IMG/VR virus record: IMGVR_UViG_3300032053_000004
Coordinates: 128,001-192,000 of that record
From: a virus
Lineage: Duplodnaviria > Caudoviricetes
Length of the DNA: 64,000 bases
Direction: 5' to 3' (one strand)
Shown here: positions 1 to 9,861 of the stretch, one piece after another
How positions within the stretch are numbered: the first letter of the stretch is position 1
Layout: each line of letters begins with the position of its first letter
Program-made: the position numbers and the translations under genes
The notes under the pieces: generated by a model
The model's input: only the letters and a program-made list of their open reading frames with translations
What the model was told of the DNA's origin: nothing
The model's database searches: none

Positions 1-1
1 T

Positions 2-1138
2 CAAGGTAGTCCAGGATCTCCCGGCCCAACCGGAGCAGCAGGACCAACGGGGGTAACTGGAGCCACTGGACCTCAAGGTAGTCCAGGACCTACAGGTCCT
101 CAGGGATCGCCGGGAGGACCAGGACCAACCGGACCTCAGGGTAGTCCGGGCAGTCCGGGTCCAACCGGTGCAGCAGGGCCCACAGGCGTTACAGGGGCTA
201 CGGGCCCTCAGGGAAGTCCCGGTCCAGTTGGATCTCCTGGTTCACCTGGTTCACCTGGTCCAACTGGTCCTCAGGGTTCTCCTGGTAGTCCAGGTCCTAC
301 CGGACCTCAGGGTTTACCTGGATCTCCTGGTCCAACTGGCCCCCAGGGATCTCCTGGTTCTCCTGGCCCAACTGGCCCCCAGGGTTCTCAGGGTTCACCT
401 GGTCCTACCGGACCACAAGGATCACCTGGTCCAACTGGTCCAACTGGTCCACAAGGTTCTCCTGGATCCCCCGGCCCCACTGGACCTCAAGGATCTCCTG
501 GATCCCCCGGCCCCACTGGAATCGATGGTCCTACTGGCCCTCAAGGTTCTCCAGGTCCAACTGGACCACAAGGGTCCCCAGGGTCCCCAGGTAGTCCTGG
601 ATCGCCCGGTCCTACTGGACCTCTAGGTTTTCCTGGGAGTCCTGGGAGTCCTGGGAGTCCTGGTCCTACTGGACCGTTGGGGTCTCCAGGATCACCTGGC
701 CCCACTGGACCTTTAGGACCTTTAGGAACACAAGGTTCACCAGGTAGTCCAGGCCCTACCGGTCCTGAAGCAACTCCATCGTCTCAGATCATTGAGGCCA
801 CTGGAACTATCACAACCACATCGACTACTGACACGCTTGCTACGTCAATGACTGTAACACCAACCTCTGGTACATATCTCGTATGGTTTACAGGATCAGT
901 TGATAATAGTACTACTAACAGCTCGATTTTTACATCAATTTATTCGAATGGCGCACAGGTAGCTTCTTCCGAAAGAAACTTTCGACGTGGTGGTTCTCAA
1001 GGAAACGTAGCTTCTGCATTTGATTGTGCAGCAAGAGTCACAGTTAATGGTTCTCAAGCAATTGAAGGTCGTTGGAGAGTTGATGCTGGAACCGGTAGCA
1101 TGTATCAACGAAGTCTTATGATTCTCAAGGTAGCCTAA
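2..1138 (+). CDS. Collagen-like fibre protein (5'-truncated) with C-terminal beta-rich, probably trimerisation, domain
   Basis: Frame 2 is open from base 2 into track ORF 677..1138. Gly-X-Y triplets (GSP/GPT/GPQ) are followed by ~120 aa of beta-rich sequence, the architecture of BclA/C1q-type proteins. Confidence 0.9.
   Translation, partial: QGSPGSPGPTGAAGPTGVTGATGPQGSPGPTGPQGSPGGPGPTGPQGSPGSPGPTGAAGPTGVTGATGPQGSPGPVGSPGSPGSPGPTGPQGSPGSPGPTGPQGLPGSPGPTGPQGSPGSPGPTGPQGSQGSPGPTGPQGSPGPTGPTGPQGSPGSPGPTGPQGSPGSPGPTGIDGPTGPQGSPGPTGPQGSPGSPGSPGSPGPTGPLGFPGSPGSPGSPGPTGPLGSPGSPGPTGPLGPLGTQGSPGSPGPTGPEATPSSQIIEATGTITTTSTTDTLATSMTVTPTSGTYLVWFTGSVDNSTTNSSIFTSIYSNGAQVASSERNFRRGGSQGNVASAFDCAARVTVNGSQAIEGRWRVDAGTGSMYQRSLMILKVA
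5..769 (+). repeat. Collagen triplet repeat, 85 Gly-X-Y units within the window
   Basis: Gly codons recur every 9 nt from position 5 to 761 with no register break seen. Confidence 0.9.
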
Positions 1139-1139
1139 T

Positions 1140-1976
1140 ATGCCTCTTAGTCAATATACATACACGATCGCGACTGATTTTCCAAACAATTTAGTCAACT
1201 CGGATCGACTCACTCTTGAAATTATAGCCACTGCGATAGTACCTGTCCTTGATCATATTGATACTGAGAATGGGTTTTGCGATATATTCTTCCAATCAGC
1301 TCTTTCTGTTGGAGAGCAAACTACGCTTGATGGTGTTGTCGCAGTACATTCTGGCGCTCAGTTTTCTGGTCAGGTTCTCTATGGACACACTGGTGCACCA
1401 ACATTTGCTGATGATTTCTCAGAAGAAAACACCACAGGGCAAATATGGGTTGATCAACCAGGCGGCAGAGCATTTGTTAATATTTCGCCAACGCCAATCG
1501 GATCAGCTATATGGTTGTCCATGGGGGGTGGTTCACCAGGCCCTACTGGTCCCATCGGTCCCCCCGGACCAACTGGACCTCAGGGACCAACAGGTACAAA
1601 TGGGCCTCAGGGCTCACCCGGGCCAACTGGACCTCAGGGACCAACTGGACCTCAGGGACCAACTGGACTAAATACGAGTGCTCATGAACAATTAAGACAA
1701 CTGATTCATTTTATTGATGATGGTCCCGGTTTTGGTTTTGCTTCCGGAGCTTATAGAGAAGTTTCTGGTGTTCCATTCCCAACAGCCATAACCTGGTATG
1801 AAAGTTCAAATAAGACTGCTAAAATAGTTGAAAAGTTAATTTCTCTTCCATTAATAGCCCCCACAGGCATAACATGGAATATGTATGGAGTTGGGGGAAC
1901 ACCGATAGTTCAAACAATTGGTGACAGAATTGTTTATACAGGGATTTTCGAAATTTCAAGGATTAGATCAATATGA
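1140..1976 (+). CDS. Virion fibre/decoration protein with short internal collagen segment
   Basis: About 15 central Gly-X-Y triplets (GPTGPQ...) between globular N- and C-terminal regions. Start is 1 nt after the upstream stop. Confidence 0.75.
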   Translation: MPLSQYTYTIATDFPNNLVNSDRLTLEIIATAIVPVLDHIDTENGFCDIFFQSALSVGEQTTLDGVVAVHSGAQFSGQVLYGHTGAPTFADDFSEENTTGQIWVDQPGGRAFVNISPTPIGSAIWLSMGGGSPGPTGPIGPPGPTGPQGPTGTNGPQGSPGPTGPQGPTGPQGPTGLNTSAHEQLRQLIHFIDDGPGFGFASGAYREVSGVPFPTAITWYESSNKTAKIVEKLISLPLIAPTGITWNMYGVGGTPIVQTIGDRIVYTGIFEISRIRSI

Positions 1977-2000
1977 CTTTATTAAACTTTGGTGATTACA

Positions 2001-3803
2001 ATGAGTGATACACCCGCTGTAATCATTTATAATTCAACTGGTACAGACGCGGCTGCGGTGAAGGCAGCGAGCACGGCGGCTGTTGCTGCCGATACAGCTC
2101 TGGTCGTTGCTATTAGTCCAAACTCCAACGATGTTGCTGTAGCCTATTACGATAATGGTCAAGGAGAGTCTGCAACTTGGGATAATACTACGAACCTCAG
2201 TGTTGATGTTGAGGCTATTCCACCCACTGTTGCTGGTAATGCCTGCACTGTCAGTATCTCACTGACACGTACCGGGACAATTACAGCAGGCGAGATTTCG
2301 TTTCAGGGTTCGGACGCAACTGGTGGTGTTTGGTTCCCGGTAAAAGCAACTCGTACCGAATCATTCACGACCGAGAACTCCATTCTGCTATCTGGCGTAG
2401 CAGACATTATGTGGAAGGTGAGTTGTGCCGGGTTCTTTGGCCTCCGGGCACAACTCACCACACAGATAACGGGTGCGGGCAGTGTGTTTATTACGACCCT
2501 ATGGGATACCTCCCCTGTAGGTGACACAAGATCCACTGTTGGTCAGAGTGATGAGACTAAGCTGAACGCCACGACCACTCTGAGGAGCGGACTCAAGGGC
2601 TCATCAGCAGCAGCTCTGGTGACTAGCTCTGCATCTGGGGCGAATCACCAGCCCCTCGATGTTGCGATCTACGACGCCACAGGCAATCAGATCACGAGCT
2701 TTGGCGGTGGAACCCAGTACACGGAGGATGTTGCTGCTCCAGCCGATCCTACTGGAACTTCCAAGGTACTGGTTCGTGCTGATACACCGGCAACGATCAC
2801 GGGAACTGATGGTGACTGGGTTTCTCAGAGAGGAACCAACTACGGTGCTGGGTATGTCCAGGTCGTTAACTCAACTGGGTCATTCGTAGACACGTTCGGT
2901 GGTGGTACGCAGTACGCGGACGGTGCTGCTCGTGGGACTGCTACCGGCACCTTGATGATGGTGGATGACGGCACGCTGGTTCAGTCGGCAAGTGGAGACT
3001 CTACAGGCAAGCTCAACGTCAATGCGATTCAGAGCACGGCTGCTGGTGCGGCGGCACCGTGGGCGACACGACTCAGTGATGGTGCCGCGTTCTACGATGC
3101 AGCCAAGACCGGGCAGCTCCCCGCTGCACTCGTAGGCGGTCGCCTAGACGAGAATGTCGGGGCCTGGCTCGGTTCTACGGCTCCCACGGTGGGGTCCAAG
3201 ACTTCAGCGAATTCTCTCCCGGTAGTTATCGCTTCTGATCAAGGTGCGGTTCCGGTCTCTGGAACTGTCACTGCCGGTCAGGGCACGGCTGCGGCTCTGG
3301 CAGGATACTGGCCGGTTCGTGTGACCGATGGCACCAACACGATGCCCACCCTGGACACGGTGGGTCGTCGTGGGTTCGTCACAATCACGGACGGCACGAA
3401 TTCGATGCCGACCGGTGATGCAATCGCCAGGGCGCTCTTCGTTCGTCAGACCGATGGGACGAACAACGCCACGATCAAGGCGGCTAGCGTCACAGCAGTA
3501 GCGGCAGACACCGGGATCGTAGTTGCACCCCGTGCGTCAGCAACCGGTACGCAGACAAGCGTTGCATCAAGCGCAACAAGCGCGCAGCTACTTGCGGCGA
3601 ATACAGCTCGCATGGGTGCGATCATCTTCAACGATTCGACGCAAGTATGCTTCGTGAAGTTCGGCACGACCGCATCAAGTACGAGCTTTGCTTATCGCCT
3701 CACGTCGAACTCGACGCTGGAGGTGCCCTATGGGTACACGGGTCGTATCGACGCGATCTGGGCATCTGCGAATGGTAACGCTCGAATCACCGAGATGACG
3801 TGA
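2001..3803 (+). CDS. Ala/Thr/Gly-rich fibre or structural protein
   Basis: Long ORF with internal repeats (SFGGGTQY/TFGGGTQY; VTDGTNTMPT/ITDGTNSMPT; IKAAS..AVAADT twice). Lies in the fibre cluster. ATG at 2001 preferred over the track start at 1989. Confidence 0.65.
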   Translation: MSDTPAVIIYNSTGTDAAAVKAASTAAVAADTALVVAISPNSNDVAVAYYDNGQGESATWDNTTNLSVDVEAIPPTVAGNACTVSISLTRTGTITAGEISFQGSDATGGVWFPVKATRTESFTTENSILLSGVADIMWKVSCAGFFGLRAQLTTQITGAGSVFITTLWDTSPVGDTRSTVGQSDETKLNATTTLRSGLKGSSAAALVTSSASGANHQPLDVAIYDATGNQITSFGGGTQYTEDVAAPADPTGTSKVLVRADTPATITGTDGDWVSQRGTNYGAGYVQVVNSTGSFVDTFGGGTQYADGAARGTATGTLMMVDDGTLVQSASGDSTGKLNVNAIQSTAAGAAAPWATRLSDGAAFYDAAKTGQLPAALVGGRLDENVGAWLGSTAPTVGSKTSANSLPVVIASDQGAVPVSGTVTAGQGTAAALAGYWPVRVTDGTNTMPTLDTVGRRGFVTITDGTNSMPTGDAIARALFVRQTDGTNNATIKAASVTAVAADTGIVVAPRASATGTQTSVASSATSAQLLAANTARMGAIIFNDSTQVCFVKFGTTASSTSFAYRLTSNSTLEVPYGYTGRIDAIWASANGNARITEMT

Positions 3804-4483
3804 TGCCCGTCTCAACTCCATCTCAGGCTATCATCAGCGAGACGTTCCTGGTCTCAGGCACGACCTTCACGACAGGTCCGACCACAACCCGAATCAAGGT
3901 CGAACAGGTCGGCGGTGGCGGTGGAGGTGGAGGTGGTGTCACTGGTGTGACGGCAACATCGGCGGCTCCCGGTGGTGGCGCTGGTGGCTACGCCATCAAG
4001 ATCTTCGATGTAACCCCCAACACGAACTACACCTACGCGATCGGTGCTGCCGGAACAGCGGCGACCGCCGGGAACAACGCTGGCGGAAATGGTGGCAACA
4101 CTACGTTTGCAGTGGGAGCCGTGACCGTTACTGCCAACGGTGGGACCGGCGGTGCTGGCGGCGGCGTCGCTGCCACAACTGTCCTGATCTTGGCCGGTGG
4201 TGCTGGTGCTACCGTTGGAACCAACGGTGACGTCAACGCTCCTGGTCAGGGCGGTGGGGCCTCGACTCGACTCTCGGCAACGATTGCAGCCAGCGGTAAC
4301 GGAGGAAGCGGACGGTTTGGGGCCGGGGCTCTAGGAACTGTTGCTCAGGGCGCAGGCACGGCCGGAACCGGTAACGGCTCGGGAGGCTCGGGTGGCCTTT
4401 CACTCAACGGCGGTGCCTCGGTTGCAGGTGGTGCCGGAACGGTGGGGGCGATCCTCGTGACCGAATACGAGGCCACGGCATGA
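3803..4483 (+). CDS. Glycine-rich (GGGGGGG/GAGG motif) protein, candidate fibre-tip adhesin
   Basis: VGGGGGGGGG, GGGAGGY, YTYAIGAAG and GGTGG motifs typical of phage glycine-rich domains. TGATG overlap with the upstream gene. Confidence 0.7.
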   Translation: MPVSTPSQAIISETFLVSGTTFTTGPTTTRIKVEQVGGGGGGGGGVTGVTATSAAPGGGAGGYAIKIFDVTPNTNYTYAIGAAGTAATAGNNAGGNGGNTTFAVGAVTVTANGGTGGAGGGVAATTVLILAGGAGATVGTNGDVNAPGQGGGASTRLSATIAASGNGGSGRFGAGALGTVAQGAGTAGTGNGSGGSGGLSLNGGASVAGGAGTVGAILVTEYEATA

Positions 4484-5160
4484 TCCAGCAGGCCAAGCTC
4501 GTTCTACTCAGCGAGACCTACCTGACGACGGGCACGACCCACACGGTCAGCAGCAATACGCACAGGATCTTCATCGAGCTGGTCGGCGGCGGTGGTGGTG
4601 GCGGTGGTGCCTCTGGAACTGGCTCTCAAGCCGGGGCGGGAGCCGGTGGTGGAGCCGGTGGATACGGCTGCAAGGTCTTCGACGTGGTGCCCAGCACCGG
4701 CTACACCTACGCGATTGGAGCGGCTGGAACGGCTGGAGCGGCAGCGGCCGGTACTGGAGGCAACGGAGGCGACACGACCTTCGCGGTGGGGGCCACGACC
4801 GTCACGGCCAAGGGAGGCACCGGAGGTGTCGGTATGGCGAACGGCACGACCTCGTTGATCACCAAGGGCGGGGCCGGGGGTGTCGTCGGCTCCAACGGTG
4901 ACGTGAACGCTTCAGGGGACAACGGCGGTGATGGGGTTCGGTTGTCTGGCTCGATTCGTCGGGCCGGTGAAGGTGGCAGCGGTCCTTTTGGTGCCGGGGG
5001 GCAGAACACGAACGTCAGTGGAAACGGTGGCGCAGGTTCGGCCGGAACTGGCAACGGCTCAGGCGGTTCCGGTGGCAGCAGCGGCAACGTCACGAATCGA
5101 GCCGGTGGTGTCGGCACGGTCGGCGCCATCCTTGTGCAAGAATACGGTTACGTCACGTAG
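4480..5160 (+). CDS. Glycine-rich protein, tandem paralog of 3803..4483
   Basis: Colinear with the upstream ORF (YTYAIGAAGTA, TTFAVGA.TVTA.GGTGG, NGDVNA, GTGNGSGGSGG, GTVGAILV.EY). ATGA overlap. Confidence 0.75.
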   Translation: MIQQAKLVLLSETYLTTGTTHTVSSNTHRIFIELVGGGGGGGGASGTGSQAGAGAGGGAGGYGCKVFDVVPSTGYTYAIGAAGTAGAAAAGTGGNGGDTTFAVGATTVTAKGGTGGVGMANGTTSLITKGGAGGVVGSNGDVNASGDNGGDGVRLSGSIRRAGEGGSGPFGAGGQNTNVSGNGGAGSAGTGNGSGGSGGSSGNVTNRAGGVGTVGAILVQEYGYVT

Positions 5161-5168
5161 GAGAAGTC

Positions 5169-5546
5169 ATGCCTTTCATCATCACAGCCCCAGAGACCAA
5201 GACGATCACACAGAAGTACGTGATCACGAACCCAACCAACGACGACGTTGTAGAGGTGAGTGCCGTCCGGACCATCGACCGCGTGAACATCGAGCACATC
5301 ATCACCAGTATGCCGATCAACAACCCGACCGGCGTCTCCATGACAGTCAAGTGGAGTATCGGCTACATGGACGGAGTCGTATTCTTCCCGACCGAGCGGG
5401 GCAGTGCCGAGCTGGCCGGTGAAGCGTTGCTGACCAAGATGGTCGAGCCGGTGATTCCAGGGGCCACCCACTATGGTGATCACAAGGCTGCGCTATACGA
5501 GCTTCTCGTTGCATTGGGCCACATCCCGGCTGGATCAATCGTATGA
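5169..5546 (+). CDS. Small fibre-associated protein (chaperone/cap?), paralog of 39691..40071
   Basis: Shared MP..IT.PETK.ITQ, RTID.V.I, MP.NNPTG.S, WSIGYM...FFP and HY.D.K.ALY.LL. SD-like AGGAG upstream. Confidence 0.7.
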   Translation: MPFIITAPETKTITQKYVITNPTNDDVVEVSAVRTIDRVNIEHIITSMPINNPTGVSMTVKWSIGYMDGVVFFPTERGSAELAGEALLTKMVEPVIPGATHYGDHKAALYELLVALGHIPAGSIV

Positions 5547-6400
5547 GAGCGTTGGTTCTCAGCGGGGGCGGGAGCAAGGGCGCGTATCAGGTCGGCGCGC
5601 TGAAGCGGTGGGTGTTTGAGGAAGGAGCAGACTACGAGATTCTGACGGGTATTTCGGTAGGAGCCATCAACACCACCTACCTCAGCCAGTATCCTGTAGG
5701 ACAGGGCAAGCAAGGCTACCAAGCCCTCAAGGATCTGTGGGACACTGTGACTCCTCGCAAGGTTAAGAAGAACTGGTTCCCCTTCTGCCAACTCGAAGCT
5801 CTCTGGAAGCCCTCTGTGTACAACTCGGAGCCTCTCCAGAAGTGGGTTCGGGGTGGTCTTGACACCGAGAAGGTCTTGGCTTCCGGGAAACTCCTTCGGA
5901 TCGTAACGGTCTCGTGGGACACCGGGGAGGCCAGAGTTATCTCTCAGGATGACTCTCAGCTTGCCGATTGGGTCATCGCAAGTTCAGCTTTTCCTGTCAT
6001 GTTGAGCCCCATCCGTATAGACGGTCAGCTCTGGACGGACGGCGGCCTAAGAAGCGTCACTCCACTCGGGGAGGCCATCCGTGCTGGAGCAACCGAGATT
6101 GACGTGATCATGTGCTCGGACCCTTATGCCAAGAGTCCGTTTGCATCGAAAGGCAAGGGAGCTTTCCCCAGCCTCACCATGCGAGCCATCGACATAATGT
6201 CTGACGAGATCATGAGGGCGGACTTGAAAATCTGTGGTCTCAAGAACGACCTGGCCGAACTAGATTCCAAATACCGGAAAGTCCATATTCGTCGTCTTCT
6301 AAAACCCTCTGTTGATTTAGGGGACTCTTTGGATTTCGAACAAAAGAATATCATTAGAATGGAAAAAATCGGGTATGATGATGCATGTAATTTAATTTAA
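5543..6400 (+). CDS. Patatin-like phospholipase
   Basis: Oxyanion loop GGGSKG, nucleophile elbow GISVG (GxSxG), SSAFP and DGG catalytic Asp motifs. Confidence 0.92.
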   Translation: MRALVLSGGGSKGAYQVGALKRWVFEEGADYEILTGISVGAINTTYLSQYPVGQGKQGYQALKDLWDTVTPRKVKKNWFPFCQLEALWKPSVYNSEPLQKWVRGGLDTEKVLASGKLLRIVTVSWDTGEARVISQDDSQLADWVIASSAFPVMLSPIRIDGQLWTDGGLRSVTPLGEAIRAGATEIDVIMCSDPYAKSPFASKGKGAFPSLTMRAIDIMSDEIMRADLKICGLKNDLAELDSKYRKVHIRRLLKPSVDLGDSLDFEQKNIIRMEKIGYDDACNLI

Positions 6401-6424
6401 TTTTTTTTTCTGTATAGTTTATTC

Positions 6425-8920
6425 GTGAAAGCCCCCATATCGGCCTGTCTTATAGTTAAAAATGAAATTGGACAAATCGAAAATTGTCTTAAGTCTATAC
6501 GTCCATATGTAGAAGAAATAGTAGTAGTAGATACTGGTTCCACTGATGGAACTCCGGAAATAGTTAAAAAATATGCTGATATATTTGAAGTTTTTACAGG
6601 ATGCAATGACTCAGAAGGACGGATTGAATCTTTTTCTTTAGCAAGACAAAGAAGTTTTGATTTAGCTACTAAACCTTGGCTTTTTTGGATAGATGGTGAT
6701 GATGAGGTTCAAGGGGCCGAATATTTACTTGAATTAACTACAAAATATGATAAACTGAGAAATGGATCACCTGTAATGGTGATCATACCATATGATTATT
6801 CATTTGATGAAAAAGGAAATGTCACATGTCTTCATTATAGAGAAAGATTAATCACTCCAAAAACTGCATGCCATTGGGTTAGTCCTATACATGAAATTTG
6901 TACACCAAATGGTCCTGGGACCGTCATGGTCCAGGATGAAAAAGTTCGCGTTGTACATAAACGACATCTTGTAAATAAACCATTTGAGCAAAATCGGAAT
7001 CTTCGTATCCTAAAATCTCATTATGAAAAGCATGGCGAATCTGATATTCGTCATCTATACTACCTTGGTCTCGAGTATGGAAACGTTGGTGATCTAGGAA
7101 ATGCTATAAAATTTCATAAACGGTATGTTGAACTTTCAGGCTGGGATGATGAGAGGTTCCTCGCTTGTTTGAAGGTATCTGAACATTATCAATCAATGGG
7201 TGATTATGATAGTTCTGTTGATTGGGCTTCAAAAGCTCTCATAGTTAGAGAGGGTTGGTGTGAAGCTTATTTCTCTTTAGGGAGAAGTTTTTATTTCATG
7301 GCCCAAAAGGGCGGAAAAGATTCATATAGAAATTGGGAAAGAAGTGTTCATTTCTTTTCATTAGGGCTTTCTTTACCACCGACCAAAACTATTCTTTTTG
7401 TTAATCCGACAGAAAGAAATTATGATGTTCATAGATATTATAATTTAGCTTTACATAATGTAGGTCAAACTGAAAAAGCTTTGGAAAGTGTAAATCAAGC
7501 ACTTCAAATGAGACCTGATGATGATGGTCTTATTGGAAATAAAAAAATTTATGAAAATGATTTAGCTCGCAAGACGATAGATAAAAATTTATCTATTCTT
7601 CATAATATGGGAGTATTGTCTACCGACCAAAATCAATTGATCATAGATGTTCTTTCAGGAAAATTAACTAAATTAACTAAATCGAATGTTGAAAATAAAC
7701 AAGAAATTAAATCGGAAATCACCTTAGAAATTAAAAAAGAGTCCACACTTGGAACCGAAGAAGTTATACGACCTCTTAATGACCTTAAATCAGTAATAAA
7801 TACGAAATACGAAATCGTGTTTTATGTCGGTCCAGGTCCCGAATCTTGGACCCCAAATACTGCTAATAAGATTGGGATTGGTGGGTCTGAAACTGCTGTA
7901 ATAGAAATGGGTCGAAGATTAGCTAAACTTGGTCATACTATTCGAGTTTATGGAGATTGTCCGAATTCTGAAGGTGTATATGATGGTGTTTCATATTTTG
8001 ATCACACAAAATATCAAAATCAATCATGTGATATACTAATAACATCAAGAAGGCCAAACGCTGTAGACGATACTAATAATGTTAAATCTAGAGTTACGTT
8101 TTGTTGGGTCCATGATGTTAGTTGTGGTGGGGCTCTTACTCATGCAAGGACTATTCGAACAGATAAGTTTTTGACTTTGAGTCAGTGGCATAAAAACAAC
8201 TTTTTAAGTTCTCATGTTTCTGTTCATCCCGACCAAGTTATTGTTACTAGAAATGGTATTGATTTGAATAAATTCAAAAAATCTGTTCAAAGAAATCCTC
8301 ATAAAGCTGTTTATAGCTCAAGTCCAGATCGTGGGATGGAAGTTGCGGTTCGTATTTGGCCGCGAGTACGGGAAAAAATACCTGACGCGGAACTTCATGT
8401 GTTTTATGGTTTTCAAACTTGGGAAGTCTCAGCTGTCAATGACCCGGGTCAAACTAATTTAATTAAACATTTGAAAAATGTTCTTAAGGAACATGAGGAA
8501 CACGGGGTTATTTTTCATGGGAGAGTTAACCAAGAGGAACTTGCGAATCACTTTTTATCGAGTGGTGTTTGGCCATATAGTACTTGGTTTACCGAGACAA
8601 GTTGTATAACCGCTATGGAAGCCCAAGCCGCTGGCCTTAGAATTGTCACTTCTCCTATTGCTGCTCTAAATGAAACCGTCGGGCCTCGAGGAGTCATGAT
8701 CCCTGGTGATTGGCTATCTCCTGATTATCAAAATAAATTTGTTGATGCTGTTGTAGAAGCGATGAATAAAACTGACGATTCTGATCGTGAAATTTTAAAG
8801 AAATATGCAGAAGAAAATTTTGGTTGGGACTCGTTAGCAAACGACTGGGAAAAGATGTTTGAATCAGTCATTGAAGAAGTCTCAACAAATATGATTCCTC
8901 CTTATAAGGGGTACTTGTGA
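6425..8920 (+). CDS. Multidomain glycosyltransferase: GT2 + TPR + GT4
   Basis: N-terminal ISACLIVKNE, VVDTGSTDGT, FSLARQRS and WIDGDDE (GT2). Helical TPR-like middle (YYLGLEY, EAYFSLG, YNLALHN). C-terminal GGSETA, YSSSPDRG and ETSCITAMEAQAAG (GT4/GT-B). Confidence 0.92.
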   Translation: MKAPISACLIVKNEIGQIENCLKSIRPYVEEIVVVDTGSTDGTPEIVKKYADIFEVFTGCNDSEGRIESFSLARQRSFDLATKPWLFWIDGDDEVQGAEYLLELTTKYDKLRNGSPVMVIIPYDYSFDEKGNVTCLHYRERLITPKTACHWVSPIHEICTPNGPGTVMVQDEKVRVVHKRHLVNKPFEQNRNLRILKSHYEKHGESDIRHLYYLGLEYGNVGDLGNAIKFHKRYVELSGWDDERFLACLKVSEHYQSMGDYDSSVDWASKALIVREGWCEAYFSLGRSFYFMAQKGGKDSYRNWERSVHFFSLGLSLPPTKTILFVNPTERNYDVHRYYNLALHNVGQTEKALESVNQALQMRPDDDGLIGNKKIYENDLARKTIDKNLSILHNMGVLSTDQNQLIIDVLSGKLTKLTKSNVENKQEIKSEITLEIKKESTLGTEEVIRPLNDLKSVINTKYEIVFYVGPGPESWTPNTANKIGIGGSETAVIEMGRRLAKLGHTIRVYGDCPNSEGVYDGVSYFDHTKYQNQSCDILITSRRPNAVDDTNNVKSRVTFCWVHDVSCGGALTHARTIRTDKFLTLSQWHKNNFLSSHVSVHPDQVIVTRNGIDLNKFKKSVQRNPHKAVYSSSPDRGMEVAVRIWPRVREKIPDAELHVFYGFQTWEVSAVNDPGQTNLIKHLKNVLKEHEEHGVIFHGRVNQEELANHFLSSGVWPYSTWFTETSCITAMEAQAAGLRIVTSPIAALNETVGPRGVMIPGDWLSPDYQNKFVDAVVEAMNKTDDSDREILKKYAEENFGWDSLANDWEKMFESVIEEVSTNMIPPYKGYL

Positions 8921-9861
8921 GAGTCATTGTAACAGGTGGGGCTGGATTTATCGGTTCACATCTTTCTCTGAGTTTGTTAGAACTTGGACACGAAGTCATA
9001 TGCATTGATAACTTTTTTACATCTCGTAAAGAAACTATTTCTAATCTCACATCTTTCTCAAATTTTGAATTGATGAGACATGACGTTTGTGATCCATGGC
9101 ATATAGAAGCTGACCAAATATACCATTTAGCTTGTCCTGCGAGTCCAGTTCATTATCAAAAAAACCCGGTAAGAACTATTAAAACTGCTATGATCGGGAC
9201 TTTAAACGCTCTTGAATGCGCTCGCGATACTAATGCTCGCCTAGTTATCACATCGACTTCTGAAGTTTATGGGGATCCGATTATTCATCCTCAATCAGAA
9301 GACTATTTTGGAAATGTTAACCCAATTGGTGATAGAAGCTGTTATGATGAAGGGAAAAGAGTCGGAGAAAGTTTAGCTGTTTCTTGGTCAAAACAATACA
9401 AAACTGATGTTAGAATAGCTCGTCTTTTTAATACTTACGGGCCTCACATGGCGTTTAATGACGGTCGTTTAATCCCGAATTTTATCCTTCAAGCTATTGA
9501 AGGAAACCCTCTTACAGTTTATGGAGACGGATCTCAAACTAGAAGTTTTTGTTATGTATCGGACACAGTTCGTGGACTAATAAAATTAATGAACGTAGAC
9601 CAATCAGATAAAGTTCCTGTCATAAATATCGGGAACCCGGATGAAAGAACTATTCTTTCAGTTGCTAACGATATAATTAAATCAATAAACACTTCCCTGC
9701 GTACGGTTCATGAGCCTCTCCCGTCAGATGATCCTAAACAACGGTGTCCTGACATCACAAAAGCTAAACTTCTTCTTGATTGGGAACCTGTTGTTTCTTA
9801 TGAAGAAGGCATATCGAAAACTGTGAAGTGGTTTACTTCTGAATCTCGGAGTAGAAAATGA
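8917..9861 (+). CDS. uxs: UDP-glucuronate decarboxylase (UDP-xylose synthase), extended SDR
   Basis: GGAGFIG, IYHLACPASP, TSTSEVYG, RSCYDEGKR, ARLFNTYGP, RSFCYVSD and DDPKQRCPDI match the UXS subfamily signature. Confidence 0.88.
   Translation: MRVIVTGGAGFIGSHLSLSLLELGHEVICIDNFFTSRKETISNLTSFSNFELMRHDVCDPWHIEADQIYHLACPASPVHYQKNPVRTIKTAMIGTLNALECARDTNARLVITSTSEVYGDPIIHPQSEDYFGNVNPIGDRSCYDEGKRVGESLAVSWSKQYKTDVRIARLFNTYGPHMAFNDGRLIPNFILQAIEGNPLTVYGDGSQTRSFCYVSDTVRGLIKLMNVDQSDKVPVINIGNPDERTILSVANDIIKSINTSLRTVHEPLPSDDPKQRCPDITKAKLLLDWEPVVSYEEGISKTVKWFTSESRSRK

Noticed and set aside
168-626. Track ORF rich in L/V/Q/D
   Set aside because: Out-of-frame shadow of the collagen repeat; the real frame is continuous with 677..1138.
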